This document shows, piece after piece, positions 25,413-37,526 of a stretch of 64,000 bases of DNA. The position numbers were made by a program, and so were the translations under genes. The notes beneath the pieces are model-generated. The model searched no databases, was not told the origin of the DNA, and saw nothing but the letters and a program-made list of their open reading frames with translations. Numbering within the stretch: the stretch's first letter is position 1; every line of letters starts with the position of its first letter. The DNA lies in assembly GCA_965645245.1 (NCBI GenBank), contig OZ287067.1:1612001-1676000 (forward strand), written 5' to 3'. The stretch is from Massalongia carnosa (taxonomy: Eukaryota).

Positions 25413-27518
25413 ATGAATCTTGCCCCTCCCACCCACATGCTGAACGAAACATATGGATCGCTCAATCTTCTTCTTGTCACCATGCAAAAACACGCAGGCC
25501 CTGAGGGGTATGCTGTTCTGCCAGCTTCGCACCAAAAAGTGTGCGACCACTGGATTGATAGACACATGTTATATTTGTTGCGACCGAGGACGAAAGGACC
25601 GTCAGCTTAGAGGACAGAAACGCTTACATGGAACCTCCAGGACCATTGACTGTCCTTTCTCTGTAGTGGTCAAGTCTAAAGACGATGAATGGATAGTTCG
25701 CGATATTCGAAATCCAGGCCACAATCACTCTGCTACCGTGGAAGGCTCTCTCATCCATCGCTCAGAAAACTTGCTATCACCCCAGCTATAGCTGATGAAA
25801 TTGTGCGCGCAACGAAGGTGCAAATGAAACCGAGTCAAATCCTTTCGTCTCTTCGGCTCGGTCAGACTGACGCTATAAATGACAATAATCCTCTTTTCAA
25901 GCGACAAGATATTTACAATGCGAAGGCGGAAATTCGACACAAGGCACTAGGACGACTGACTCCCATTCAGGCGTTGATGCAGGAGTTAAATCGGCCTCAT
26001 TGGTATGTACGGAGAAGATGCAATGTTTTACATACTAAATTGCAGTAGGAATTCGTTTTATCTCAAAGACAATCTCGATCGCATAACACATCTTTATTTC
26101 AGCAAAGATTCCTGTCAATGCACGCTGATGACCAACCCCGACGTGTTAATCATGGACTGCACCTATAAAACCAACAGATACAAATTACCATTGATATCAA
26201 CAATGGGAACAACGGCCCTAAACACCTCATTTTATGTGGGGTTTGCCTTTCTTCGTCAAGAACGTAAAGAGGACTATGTTTGGTTTCTTCAACAATTAAA
26301 AACCCTTTATCGAATGCTGAATATTTCCTATCCAAAAGGTAGTAGTCACCGATCGAGACATTGGCCTCATGGCCGCTATTTACAGTGTGTTTCCTGACAC
26401 ACGTTATTTGTTATGCTTGTGGCATATTCACAGGAATGTTCAGGAGCATTGGAAACCTGTTTTTAGATATAGTGCTCATTCCGACGATGACTGGATGACC
26501 TTCGAAAGCATGTGGCATGCGGTGGTTTATTCAAAGACTGAAGAGGAATATGAGGTCAATTGGGACGCTCTGAATGATGATCATTCAGCGGAAGTGCAGT
26601 ATCTGGTAGACACATGGCCAGCCCCATATAAACGAAAATTCGTCAAGGCATTCGTCGACAAAGTTCTTCATTTCGACAATATTGCTACCTCTAGGGTGGA
26701 GGGGGGCCATGCTGTCTTGAAACATCAGTTGGGATTTTCTACCGGTGATCTCAAACGGTGGTTGACAACATTGATTTGTTACTAAAGAATCAGCATCAAG
26801 AGTACGTGATAAAACTGGATGAGGCTAAAATGCGCTTTCCTACCCGACTACGAAGACCTCTTTACAGCGATGTAAGGGCTTATATCACGCCTTTTGCATT
26901 TTTGAAGGTGCATAGTCAGTACGAACGTATTTTGGATCAAACGACCCCTCTTTCATTATGCACCGGGGCTACCATGTGCTCATGAAATCCAGGAAAGTTG
27001 ATAAACTGAAGGAAATAGCCCTGAAAACGTACTAATTCTATTGCAATTAGGTTCGACTTTCTGGCCTGGCCCCCAATGTGCTTCAGCGCGACGACATTCA
27101 CATCAAATGGTGGTTTCAGCGCCCCCTTGATCGGGCTTATTATCGCCACGAATCACCACCTCTAAATGTCATCGATCCTTTGCTATTGGTGCGCGACCCC
27201 GAGGTAGTAGCCCGACCCCGAGGGCGTCCGTCAATCGCGATGCGTTTACAATCGGAAAGAGCTCAACGGGAGGCTAATAACTCTATCCAACGGGAGTTAT
27301 CAGGGTTCGAACATGTCGAGGAGGTGTTGAATGGGCCTTCGAGGCGAGGGCGGGGGCGAGGACGAGGGCGAGGGCGAGGGCGAGGGCGAGGGCGAGGGAG
27401 AGGGCGAGGGCGAGGACGGGGCAGAGGGCAGTCACAAGGTGAAGGGGTGGCCTCCGGTGAAGCTATTCAATCGATTGAAGTAGATGGAGTGGGTTTGCTC
27501 CAGGCCTTTCAAATGTAA
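25413..27518 (+). pseudogene. MULE transposase (FAR1/WRKY-like, MULE DDE, SWIM remnant, AT-hook), multiply frameshifted
   Basis: DCPFSV...NPGHNH; VLIMDCTYKTNRYKLPL; VTDRD; LLCLWHI; TSRVEGGH; GLPCAHEI; RPRGRP. Confidence 0.9.
27342..27428 (+). repeat. (GGGCGA)n-type hexamer repeat encoding an (RG)n tail of the MULE transposase
   Basis: Directly visible; translated RGRGRG... in ORF 27078-27518. Confidence 0.9.
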
Positions 27519-28165
27519 ACACGAAATAAAGCCCAATTCAATGAAACAATCATCGAGAAAGCATCAAACGACTGTCTAAAACACACCTGAATTCATCAAA
27601 TCGAGCATGTTTTCTCCAGTTATTTCTGCGCTCGAGGGAAATTTATACCCGATTTGGTTAGCTTACTTGGAGGTAGTGAAAAGGGGTGTCCCGGTATTGA
27701 TTCCCATAGATATTTATTAGATATCAATCCATCGAATAATCGCATGAAGCTATTCAGAATTATCACCATCATCATCTTTATCACTTACACTCATCGCTGT
27801 TAGTGCTTTCTCGTTTGAGATGAGCGCGATGATATCGAAGACGGCGATCTTCTTTATTATACGGTCCGTACGACTCCGATCTCTCTACCTTCTATATACT
27901 CGTGTTGAATATTCAACTCCTACCAGTACAGTGAACACCTACCAGTTCAATGAACATAGCACCTACGACTGCCCAAGATGGACAGAGCACCTACGTAGAT
28001 GCCGTATTAGGCTTAGCCTAGAGATTAGATAAGATCGGCTCAGATAATCTTATCACCTCGCTTAGCAGAGGGTGACCAGTTATGGGACAAAACAGCACTC
28101 TTCATCCTTAACATCACGGTCATACATACCATTTTTATCATAGCCATATAGCCATAGTCATATAC

Positions 28166-29426
28166 CTATTTCAACAATTCGTTACCTCCGTCTAACAATA
28201 GCACCTCGTCAACATGTCGCTTTATACGTTCAATCCAGGACTGAATTCTTTTCTGCGTCAACTCCTCCGTCCAGCACTTTGTCCAGGCCTTTTCAGCCTC
28301 AATACGAGTCCGCGGAGCACTAATCGAGTGGTTCTTCGCTTCATCCAGAACCAGCAAGGCTCGATCATGTTCAGATCAGGAGAATTTCTAGGCCATAATA
28401 GACGCATGACGTTGAAATCCACAAAGATCAGATTTTGATGTTTGGATGCGTGACTGGGGGCCTTGTCTTCCTGTACGATAGTGTTTGGTCGATCTATCAT
28501 ACATTCTTTTGCAAACGGAAGAATGTTAGGAATTAAGACGAGTTTTGATAACGATACCAGTCCACTCCTCCCTTGCCATCTCGAACGACTTTACCGTGTG
28601 TTTTATCCCATTTCCAGATAGGTTTTCGACTTCCTGGATTACGTAGCTTCATTCGTCTCATGCTGGTTTCTAACTCCCAATTCTCTTTAGCTTCTGATTC
28701 TAAAGTCTCATTGAGTTTATCTAACTCAATTTGAGCCTCTCTTTTCTCTTTTGCGGTCTCTGTTTTCCAGATATGAAAAGGTCCTTTCTTATCGTACGAA
28801 AAACAGCCCCAAAACAAAAACTCGGAGCATCCTTTCCATCTACGTCGAATACACGTTTTAGCATACATTTCTTTCGAGGTATGCCACTGAAGTCTTCTTC
28901 CACGTCTAGAACCCAATATAATGCTTGTTTCTTCAGTCCATATAACGTTCTTCCAATCATCAATAGTCCAGTGCTGATATCGCAAACAAAATTGCAGACG
29001 AGCCTCTTTCATGATCGAATCTAGACCTGGCTTTTTCGTGCTTTTACAGGGGCGAAACCCATTCTGTTTAAGCGTACGAAGTATAGTAGTGGAGGAGAGT
29101 TTATGATCAAAGCCAATCATAGCTGATGATTTTTCTCTGCTATTTCGATCTTGCACTACATTATTCAATATAGCTTGCTCTACCTCCGGTGTAACCTTTT
29201 TAGGTCGTCCTGAACGAGGTGCATCTTCTATATATTCTACTTCTAAAACACGAGATACAGCTGGATCATATCCACGCTGTCGTGCTTTGATTTTGAGAGC
29301 TGAAATCGATCTTGTGGAGACTCCAGTCACTGCTTGCACCATTTTTGCCGCAATTCCGTGTTCTACAAGCGCTAAAGCCTGTATTCTTTGTGCAATCGTG
29401 AGACTATTGCTCTGTGCATTGGGCAT
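28166..29426 (-). pseudogene. Tc1-family transposase of element B, frameshifted, first catalytic Asp appears as Glu (WTEET)
   Basis: FWGCFSYDKKGP, VQEDKAPSHAS, WPRNSPDLNMIE split over three frames. Confidence 0.9.
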
Positions 29427-29807
29427 GATAATGATGATGATTGAAACCTTCTACTGAATATCAGATGTAGTATCACTGTCTTTTTGACGACGAGAACAGA
29501 AGATTTTCTAGACTATTTTAGTACTATATTCCCCTTGTAAGCTAATAAACACTAATGCACGTCTTATGTACGCTAGCAAGGACTTTCAGCGTCATCCTTC
29601 GTATTTTTCGTATATTTTCCCACATAGTTTCTCGTTGTTTAGAAATCGGAACCTTTTTGGTAGCGAAAAACTCCTTCCATCCTCCGTTTGGTCTGAATAT
29701 ATGTAATCTATTAAGAAGGGGCCCATGTAAGCTAAAAAGTATATATTTCCTCCAACTTGATCCATTACAATATACCATTTAGGTATTTAATTCTTGACCC
29801 TCGTTAT

Positions 29808-30340
29808 TCAACTTTCCCCATTCTTATCGCTTTCTCGGGCTTTGATCAAAGCTCCATCTCCATCTACCAACACACACCATCCTTCTCCTCCTGCCCCCCC
29901 TTCTCCCCCGATGGCAGCATTAAATTCCTTCTTTGCAAACTCCAAACCCTCCTCATTGAAGCTTCCTGGCTGCAGCCATACAGCCAGTATTCCCGCATCC
30001 TTGGCGTCACGAAGGACTTGGAGGGTGATTGATGGTTGGGTTATGATACTAAGCGACGTTTCTTGTGGGAATGGGAGCGCCAAGGGCGATGGGACCGCAG
30101 GATACTCCGTTGATGATACCTTGATGGAGGGGCGAGAAGGTGTTACGGGCTGAACTTTCAGAGAACGAACATGATACCATTTTAAGACTAATTGCACACG
30201 CCTTGATCAGCTGAAGTTTTCACTATTGAATATGTATCTCCGTTTGGCGAACCTTGGAAGCCAAACTTTTGAGAATCCTGGCTGGCTCCTGCCACTGCGA
30301 AACGTGGAGAGGAAAAAAATATCTTAGCAGCTGATTCCAT
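29808..30340 (-). CDS. CoA-binding (YccU-like) domain protein, 2 exons
   Basis: Exon 1 MESAAKIFFSSPRFAVAGASQD..KFG; exon 2 LSIITQP, VWLQPGS, WCVLVDG. Confidence 0.85.
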
Positions 30341-31010
30341 GGCTATTGCTGCTGTAAATTAAAATACAGCAGGGAAGCTAAAATCTCGTTTTCCTAAGAA
30401 AATGAGTACTTTAGATGCTGATAATTACGATTGGTATCGTTGCATGATAAGTGTATAAAGATATTCCACTGGCGTGACTGGGTACATTACCCTTATCGAT
30501 AGGCCGCGAGGATACTATCGTCGAAAAGCCCCAGGTGAGATTTTTAAAAAAAAACAACAAAAGCAGGTCTCTTAGTACCTGAAGGCAAGAAGGCAGAAGT
30601 TTGATGCTGAAGCAAACTCCCCTGGCAAGAAAAAGTAGTTGGTCGCTGAAGCTTTCCGGGAAGTAGGCGGCCGAACGATACCAAGGTCAAAATTCATACT
30701 CTACTCTGTACGGAGTACTCCGTACTTCTACCACTAAGCTATCAAGATTCTAAACCAATGTATAATGAGATTGAGATACTTCTATTCGCCAACTACTCTT
30801 CCAATTTAATAAGATATTATATTCAAGACTGTACTCCAAACTAAATACGTTGACGTATTGCATAATTTTCATGGTTTGCGGAGGCTTACTCCGTAAATCT
30901 GCAGCACAAGATTATGTCTCTTAAGCGAGTGGCTACGTCATCCATATCATTTGACAGTTGCATGAAACGGTTTTTGGAGGTTCAAAACTTTGCACTTCCT
31001 ATGTTAGGAT

Positions 31011-34000
31011 ATGCCACCATTTATCCCACGCAAGCGTCGCCATTCTAGTCCCTTGGGAGATGAACCTCCTCTTAAACGGGAATGTCTTTTCGACACGGCG
31101 GACAAGCCAGGCGTTTCGGGGACTTTGAATGACAATATAAAATTTGTTGAAACACTAAATGGGTTGAATACTGACAGCGATGTCAGTAGCTCCGAGTATG
31201 GAGACTTACACATCACAAAAAAGCGCAACCCAAATCATAACGAAGATGATGAGGAGGAGGAAGAGGAAGAGGTGGACGATGCGACCTGGGAGGATGCCAT
31301 GCACATGAATGCTGCACAACCGTCGACTCCGTCCGGCACAGCATTAGGAGATTTGGAGCTTACGCTTGACAAAGGAGCTCATTTTGGTTCATTGATCAAT
31401 CCTCATGGCAAAAAGAAGGGTCCTAGCAGGATTGAGAGGCAGATCAGAGTGTCTACGCATTGTATGCATGTTCAGTTTCTTCTCTTCCATAATCTGATCA
31501 GAAACGGCTGGGCGTGTGACGCCGAGGTGCAACGCATATTGGTAAGCCAACTGCCACCAGGTGTGAAAAAAGAGGTAGAGAAGTGGAGAATGGCGAGTGG
31601 AATGAGTGTGCCAAGAACCGCAGATCAAACAAGGCCAACGCCCAAGGGCAAGGGGAGAAGAGAAAGTAAAAACACAAGGGAAAAGTCTACAGAGCAGAGA
31701 GACTGGGGACAGTCGGTAGAAACGCTTGAAAATAACGTTCCGAACATGAGCCGAGGAGATCCGCTCATACGCCTGCTCAAAGTACTAGCCGCATATTGGA
31801 AGAAGCGTTTCACTATCAATGCTCCAGGTTTGCGCAAGCAAGGATATAAATCTCTGGCATATCTAGAGAATGAGATAGCTTCCTTCAAGGACGGTTCAAC
31901 CGACCACAGAATGCATGGAGAGCGCTTACGGGGCCTCGAAGACTTCAGAGATCATGCGAGAAATTGTAAGGGCAGTAGGGACCATGGGGCACAACTATTC
32001 GCCGCACTGATCAGGGGACTAGATATCGGAGCAAGGCTCGTTGCGAGTTTGCAGCCTGTCGGATTTGGATGGGGAAAGGCGGAAGAAGCTGTTACAAAAA
32101 GAAGAGAAAATCCGGACGTTGCAGCCTTGCAGCGAGAGGATGATATGTCTCCTTCAGACTCTGACATGAGCTTGAAGGGGATCAAGGATAGGGGCAAAGT
32201 AATGTCAAATACGAAAAGCCTAAAATCCCCTCAAAGTAATAGGAAGTGGAAATACAAACAACGCGGAACGTTTGACCTCCCCATAGATCTTTCAGAAGAT
32301 GATAGAAATGCGAACATCGAGTCATCTACTAGTGTTGATGAAGACGGATCTATGATCGAACCCATACATTCACCGCCGCGCATACGGCCTCGCATGCATC
32401 ATGACCGTGACCTGGCCTTCCCAACCTACTGGACTGAGGTTATATCGCCTATCACCAACAAGGTCTATCCGGTCGACCCGATTGTCCTAAATTCCGCTAT
32501 AGCCACAAACCAAGAACATCTTGCGCTGTTTGAATCGAAAGGAGCCAAAGCAGAAAAAGCAAAGCAGGTCTTTGCCTACGTGATTGCATATTCGGCGGAT
32601 GGTACCGCCAAAGATGTCACCACCCGATACTTGAAGCGACACATGTGGCCGGGAAGAACGAAGGGGGTGAGATTGCCGATCGAAAAGGTGCCAGTGTACA
32701 ACAGGCATGGCAAAATCAAACACTACGAAGAGTACGATTGGTTCAAGTCTGTGATGAGTGCTTACATGAGGACCCCGCAAATGAGGACTGCGGTGGATGA
32801 CTTGGAAGAAGCTACTGATCTGCAAGCACTGAAACCCGAGAAAAGAGACAAGTCGAATAAGGTAGAAACCCTTCAGGGCTACAAGAACTCGGCCGACTTC
32901 GTTCTTGAAAGGCATCTTCGGCGGGAAGAGGCTATCTTACCGGGCTCAAAACCCGTTAAGACATTTCTTGTTGGTAAAGGCGACAAGGCCAAGGAAGAGG
33001 CTGTCTACAGGCGCCAAGACATTGCGATCTGCCGGACCGGTGAAAGTTGGCACAAGGAAGGCCGTCAAGTCAGATCGGGGGAACACCTGATGAAGATGGT
33101 GCCCGTTCGTGCCGTGACTTTGACCAGGAAACGAGAGGTTGAGGAAGCGGAGAGAGATGGGGGACAGAAGCTGAGGCAAGGACTGTACGCTTGGGACCAA
33201 ACGGATTGGATTATTCCACCGCCGATTGCGAATGGAGTCATTCCCAAAAATACATTCGGGAACATGGACTGCTATGTCCCAACAATGGTTCCGCAAGGAG
33301 CTCTTCATATTCCGCTTAGGGGCACCACCAAAATATGCAAAAGGCTAGGCATCGACTTTGCAGAAGCATGTACAGGATTTGAATTCGGTAAGCAAAGAGC
33401 GGTTCCCGTAATTACGGGAGTAGTGGTGGCTGCTGAACATGAACATTCTGTCATTGATGAATGGGAAAAAGATGAACGAGAACGAAAGACCAAGGACAAG
33501 GGCAAACGAGAGAAAACGGCATTAGCTGCTTGGCGAAAGATGCTAATGGGCCTAAGAATCATGAAAAGGGTCCATGAGGAGTACGGAGGTGACGCCGACG
33601 AACAGTCGAGAGAGGAGATTAATCCATTCATCAATAAGAAGAAGCTACTCGAGTCACAACTTGGAGAGGAGTCACCACAAACAATAAACGGATTATCCGT
33701 TTTCCCCGCTAACGAGAATCTAGTTGGCGGATTTGTTGCAGGCGATGAGGAGGAAGCAAACGATATTTTCGCAGGGGATGGTTTTCTCTCCGAGGATACT
33801 CCTTCGCACGATCCAGGTCTCAGGATAGAATTAGAAGGCCATGGCAGTACGAGAAGTGCAAGTCCAAAATCTCCTACCTCAACGCCTACCATCACGAAAT
33901 CAGGTCTTACATCCGATGGGAAAGGCTATCTCGATCCACGTGATAGCGGAAAATCGGTCATGGAAAGCCCCAAAAAGCGCAGACGAAGTAAGCAAACCTC

Positions 34001-34079
34001 TATGCCAAACATACATACAGTCCGATCGAAACAGGGAAATACCAGGATCTGCTCCCCTAAAGAAAAGTCGCGGCGCTAA
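31011..34079 (+). CDS. Rad4/XPC-like nucleotide excision repair protein (transglutaminase-like + BHD domains)
   Basis: GSRD.GAQLFAAL.R.L, AKDVTTRYL, FVLERHLRREE, GLYA..QT, IPKN.FGN, A.TGFEF. Confidence 0.9.
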   Translation: MPPFIPRKRRHSSPLGDEPPLKRECLFDTADKPGVSGTLNDNIKFVETLNGLNTDSDVSSSEYGDLHITKKRNPNHNEDDEEEEEEEVDDATWEDAMHMNAAQPSTPSGTALGDLELTLDKGAHFGSLINPHGKKKGPSRIERQIRVSTHCMHVQFLLFHNLIRNGWACDAEVQRILVSQLPPGVKKEVEKWRMASGMSVPRTADQTRPTPKGKGRRESKNTREKSTEQRDWGQSVETLENNVPNMSRGDPLIRLLKVLAAYWKKRFTINAPGLRKQGYKSLAYLENEIASFKDGSTDHRMHGERLRGLEDFRDHARNCKGSRDHGAQLFAALIRGLDIGARLVASLQPVGFGWGKAEEAVTKRRENPDVAALQREDDMSPSDSDMSLKGIKDRGKVMSNTKSLKSPQSNRKWKYKQRGTFDLPIDLSEDDRNANIESSTSVDEDGSMIEPIHSPPRIRPRMHHDRDLAFPTYWTEVISPITNKVYPVDPIVLNSAIATNQEHLALFESKGAKAEKAKQVFAYVIAYSADGTAKDVTTRYLKRHMWPGRTKGVRLPIEKVPVYNRHGKIKHYEEYDWFKSVMSAYMRTPQMRTAVDDLEEATDLQALKPEKRDKSNKVETLQGYKNSADFVLERHLRREEAILPGSKPVKTFLVGKGDKAKEEAVYRRQDIAICRTGESWHKEGRQVRSGEHLMKMVPVRAVTLTRKREVEEAERDGGQKLRQGLYAWDQTDWIIPPPIANGVIPKNTFGNMDCYVPTMVPQGALHIPLRGTTKICKRLGIDFAEACTGFEFGKQRAVPVITGVVVAAEHEHSVIDEWEKDERERKTKDKGKREKTALAAWRKMLMGLRIMKRVHEEYGGDADEQSREEINPFINKKKLLESQLGEESPQTINGLSVFPANENLVGGFVAGDEEEANDIFAGDGFLSEDTPSHDPGLRIELEGHGSTRSASPKSPTSTPTITKSGLTSDGKGYLDPRDSGKSVMESPKKRRRSKQTSMPNIHTVRSKQGNTRICSPKEKSRR

Positions 34080-35167
34080 AGAGTTGGATGGTCCTTATCC
34101 GGTCGAAGGAAATGCATCTAGTACAAACCCTTCATTATCAGACCTCTCCTCCGGCCACCCGAAAGCCATCCAACGAGACGTGCCAAAACGCCGAGCCGCG
34201 AGGACGAGCGAGCAAGCCGTCAGAAGCCACTAATTTATGCAAGGTAATGAAGAAGATGGAGAGGGTGATGGCCTCCTTAGAGAAGAGTAGGTGGCTCCGT
34301 GGCTTACAAGCCGTTGCGCGATAGATCAACGGGCCGCCCGGCATAGGAAGTGCTCTTTGTGACCTGTAATGATTTGTGGGTGATGCCGTTGAGCTGCGAA
34401 TTCATGAGTAAGCTACGTTCAATCATGTTGACTGTTGATTGGTCGCCTGGACGTTGGAAGCCACACGGAAAAGGACGACGACTTCAAATTCGTCAGCCAT
34501 GCTTTTGGGAACCGTTCGCTGGTAACTACTCTACACTCCACGTTCGTCAAGAGGTTACCGCACTCGTGTATAACTACCCCCTTTGGCACCAGTGCTAAAA
34601 CTAAGAAGACCAGACATGGATCATATCTCTATGTAATTGTCTGAAATCTGTAGTATCATCAACCCATATGATTATAAACTCAACTGCTTCATCTCTTGAA
34701 AATGAAAATTGCCTTTTCGTTATCATTATCGTTGTCGTAGTTTGCTTGTGTTCTAACAAGCCATCGAAGCCTCGTCGGATTAATCGATTCTTCTTCGAAT
34801 TAACGTTTCAACCAAACGTGGGTGCGATAACACGTATTTTTGTCAGATATAGAGGTATTCTGTACGTAACTAACGACTGTAAAGTTGCTTTGCATTTTAT
34901 ACACATTAATACTCACTGAAATTTATGACGAAAAAATCAATAATATATCGATCATGATTATGCTGTGTTAAAGGGAAGTCCGTCCCGTCCGTTCAATCAT
35001 GCTGAAGGCACGCTACACGGCAGAGATGAAACAGGCTTCAAAAAGGCACATGGGTCCCGTCCCATTGCTCGGAATGGCTTTCTCTGAGGGGCCCAGAGCG
35101 AAGAGATCCAATGTTAATGTCGGTCAGAACCAACGTCTGAACTCAACAACCACGCGGTCCAACTACG

Positions 35168-36958
35168 ATGAGTTTTGGCGCCGGTGCGGGTGATATCATC
35201 ACCCTTTCCCGGCTCGCCTGGAGTATATACAAGACTTGCAAGGAGTCGTCCGACGACTTCAAGCGCGTCTCGACCGAAGTCGCATCGCTGCATGTCATTC
35301 TGAAGGAGACCGAGGAGTTCCTGCACGAAGACAATGGCCTCAGCGATTCCCGACGCTCGCGGCTGGCAACGCTGATTGAAACCTCGACCGACGTGCTTAA
35401 CGACCTGAAGAAGCAGCTTTCCAGCTACGAGAGTCTTGGCACGCATTCGCAGCGGACGTGGGATCGGCTGCGATGGGGCTTGGAGGACATTGCGGATGTT
35501 CGGTCGCGGTTGATTTCGGTGAATACCACGCTCGCTGCCTTCAACAGCAGCTTGACCAGGTGAGTGGGAGACTCCCCGTGCCTACACGGGCTTTTTGCAT
35601 GGTCGCCATGGACTTTGGTGGTGCGCTTCGAAAGGCTGACGCGGAGGACCAGTTCTTCCCAAGCACGGATTGAGAAAAAGCTGGAAAAGTTCATCGCGGA
35701 GGTTCGCGCCGGCTTTCGAGAGGGCTCCGTCGTGTCGACGCATCACCCGGAAGCTCTGGATAATTCCGATTCCTGGAACGAGCTGCAGCGGGAACTCGAG
35801 GACATTGGTATCTCCGCGGGCATGGTCAGCGAGCATCAGGACTACATCAAATCCTGGTTCAAGGAAGCCATCGCCTCGGGACTCCTTGACGAAGGGAGCA
35901 AATCAAAGTCCATCCCCAGCGATGACAGCGAAAACGACAACTACTCCTTCCCCCGCCCTCTCCGTAGCCGCATGCTTCATTCCTCATCTGCTGCCACAAT
36001 CGCAAACATGGCATCTGTATCCTCTGCCTCCTCCTCCAACCAACTCTCCGCTCAAACTACCCTCGTCAACGATCCCTCCTCGATCCAACCCCGCGATCTT
36101 GCCCACAAGCCCTCTTTCCTGCGCTCTCGCACCATGCCCCAAGAAATCGACGCGCTGCTCTCCCACGACGACCCCCTATTTCCTAATCTCCCCCCGCCTA
36201 CTCGCTCGGACACCGCCGCCTCGCACTCCCCCGCCATGCTTCTGCGCAAATATTCCCTTCCTTCCCTCCTCCTCTTCCGACTCTTCCAGACCGACACCAA
36301 ACTCATCGAAGCCGCCTCCGACGGCTCCATGGAGCGTGTCGCCACCCTTCTGTCGCGCGGCGCGAACGTCAACATCCGCGATAAGTGGGGCTGGACGGCG
36401 CTCTCCATGGCCGCATACGGTGGCCACGAGAACATCGCGAAGCTCCTTCTGGCCTGTGGCGCCGATATGGACATCGCCGACGTGGACGGCGACCTCCCGC
36501 TCGACTTGGCGACCAACCGCGGTCATGCGGGCGTGGTCATCGCCATCGAGGAGGAGCGAGCGAACCGGGTGGTGAGGGGCGTGCCGGAAGCCTTCGTGCC
36601 CGCGTTGGGAAAGCGGACCAAGCCTGCAGGCGGAGGCGGCGCCGCGGAGCAAACTGCGGGCGATCCCGCGTGGAAGGGATCGTCCGCGACCTCGGTGGAG
36701 ACGCCGGGGATCAGTCCACTGAGCAGGACCGGCACGGGAATCAGCCCCCTTCGCGTAACAGTCAGCCCTGCCAAGCCCTGCCAAGCCCGCCGCCATTGCC
36801 GTGGCGGCGATGACGACGACGACGACGACGGAGCCCGGCACAAGCCCTCTGGCGCGAAGAGCCACGACGGAATTCGGGCCGTTGAAAAAACGACCCACGT
36901 TCCAGGTTCGGGGCCGCGGGCTGAACGGGGCTGTGCGCTAGGTAATTCTAGGAGCTAG
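35168..36958 (+). CDS. Fungal STAND N-terminal (HeLo-like/SesA-type) domain + ankyrin repeat protein; intron ~35560-35652
   Basis: MSFGAGAGDIITLSRLAW.IY..CK...DF..VS.EV.SLH..L, WDRLRW; ankyrin repeats DKWGWTALSMAAYGGH, DGDLPLDLATNRGH. Confidence 0.82.
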
Positions 36959-37080
36959 GCCATGTATGTAATGTTAATTCCGTGTCGGCTCGGTTCGGTT
37001 GGGTTGGTTGGTTGGGTTTTTGGATTCTGGCGAGTTCTTCTTTCTCGTGATTTTGGGGGGTGTTTCTTTCCTGTTTGTTG

Positions 37081-37300
37081 GGAGGGAGGGAGGGAGGGAG
37101 GGAAGGGGGGGGGGGGGTTCGAACGAAATGAATTGTCCCCTGCCTCCCTTCCCTCGCGCGTGTGTGTCTGTGTGTGTATGCGGCCGTTTGGGGGGGGAGC
37201 AATTTTTGGTTTAAAGGGATAGATACGCTGATATATCGTTTTCTTTCTCGGCGGATATTATGTAAGTAAGTAAGTAAATATGTATGTATGTACGTATGAT
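37081..37300. repeat. Microsatellite-rich intergenic tract ((GGGA)n, G-runs, (GT)n, (TAAG)n, (TATG)n)
   Basis: Directly visible between convergent genes. Confidence 0.8.
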
Positions 37301-37526
37301 GAGGCCAAAATGCCGCGATTTCACTGCTCGGGAACTGGGTGGGTGGTCCTTTGTGGAAGGAAGGAAAGGTCGGTCATCAGCGGGGGGCATTTTCTTCTCT
37401 AAGATGTTATATAATTTTCAAGTTCTTGGTGGAAATAGGTATGTAGATAGGTAGGATAATTGGGCTTGGATGTATTTGCCTTTTCATCAAATCCTATCAA
37501 CCCTCGTCCAACCCTCAAGGCATCCG

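Larger units (their letters stand above)
23352..27705 (+). mobile_element. Mutator-like (MULE) DNA transposon inserted in Tc1-B
   Basis: TIRs GGGAATCAATACCGGGACACCCCTTTTCACTA... (left 23352-23383 + 25260-25308, right 27647-27705); 8-bp TSD ATAGATAT at 23344-23351 and 27706-27713. Confidence 0.92.
23265..29601 (-). mobile_element. Tc1/mariner element B (outer, decayed; 1975 bp once inserts are removed)
   Basis: 31-bp TIRs 23265-23295 and 29571-29601 (2 mismatches), TA on both flanks, transposase remnant at 28166-29426. Confidence 0.9.

Noticed and set aside
33988..34020. GTAAGC...CAG as an intron repairing the Rad4-like tail
   Set aside because: Only 33 nt, lacks a clear branch site and would not change frame
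35582..36898. Several long overlapping ORFs (e.g. 35670-36575 +, 36176-36898 -)
   Set aside because: Shadow frames of a GC-rich gene; no recognisable domains
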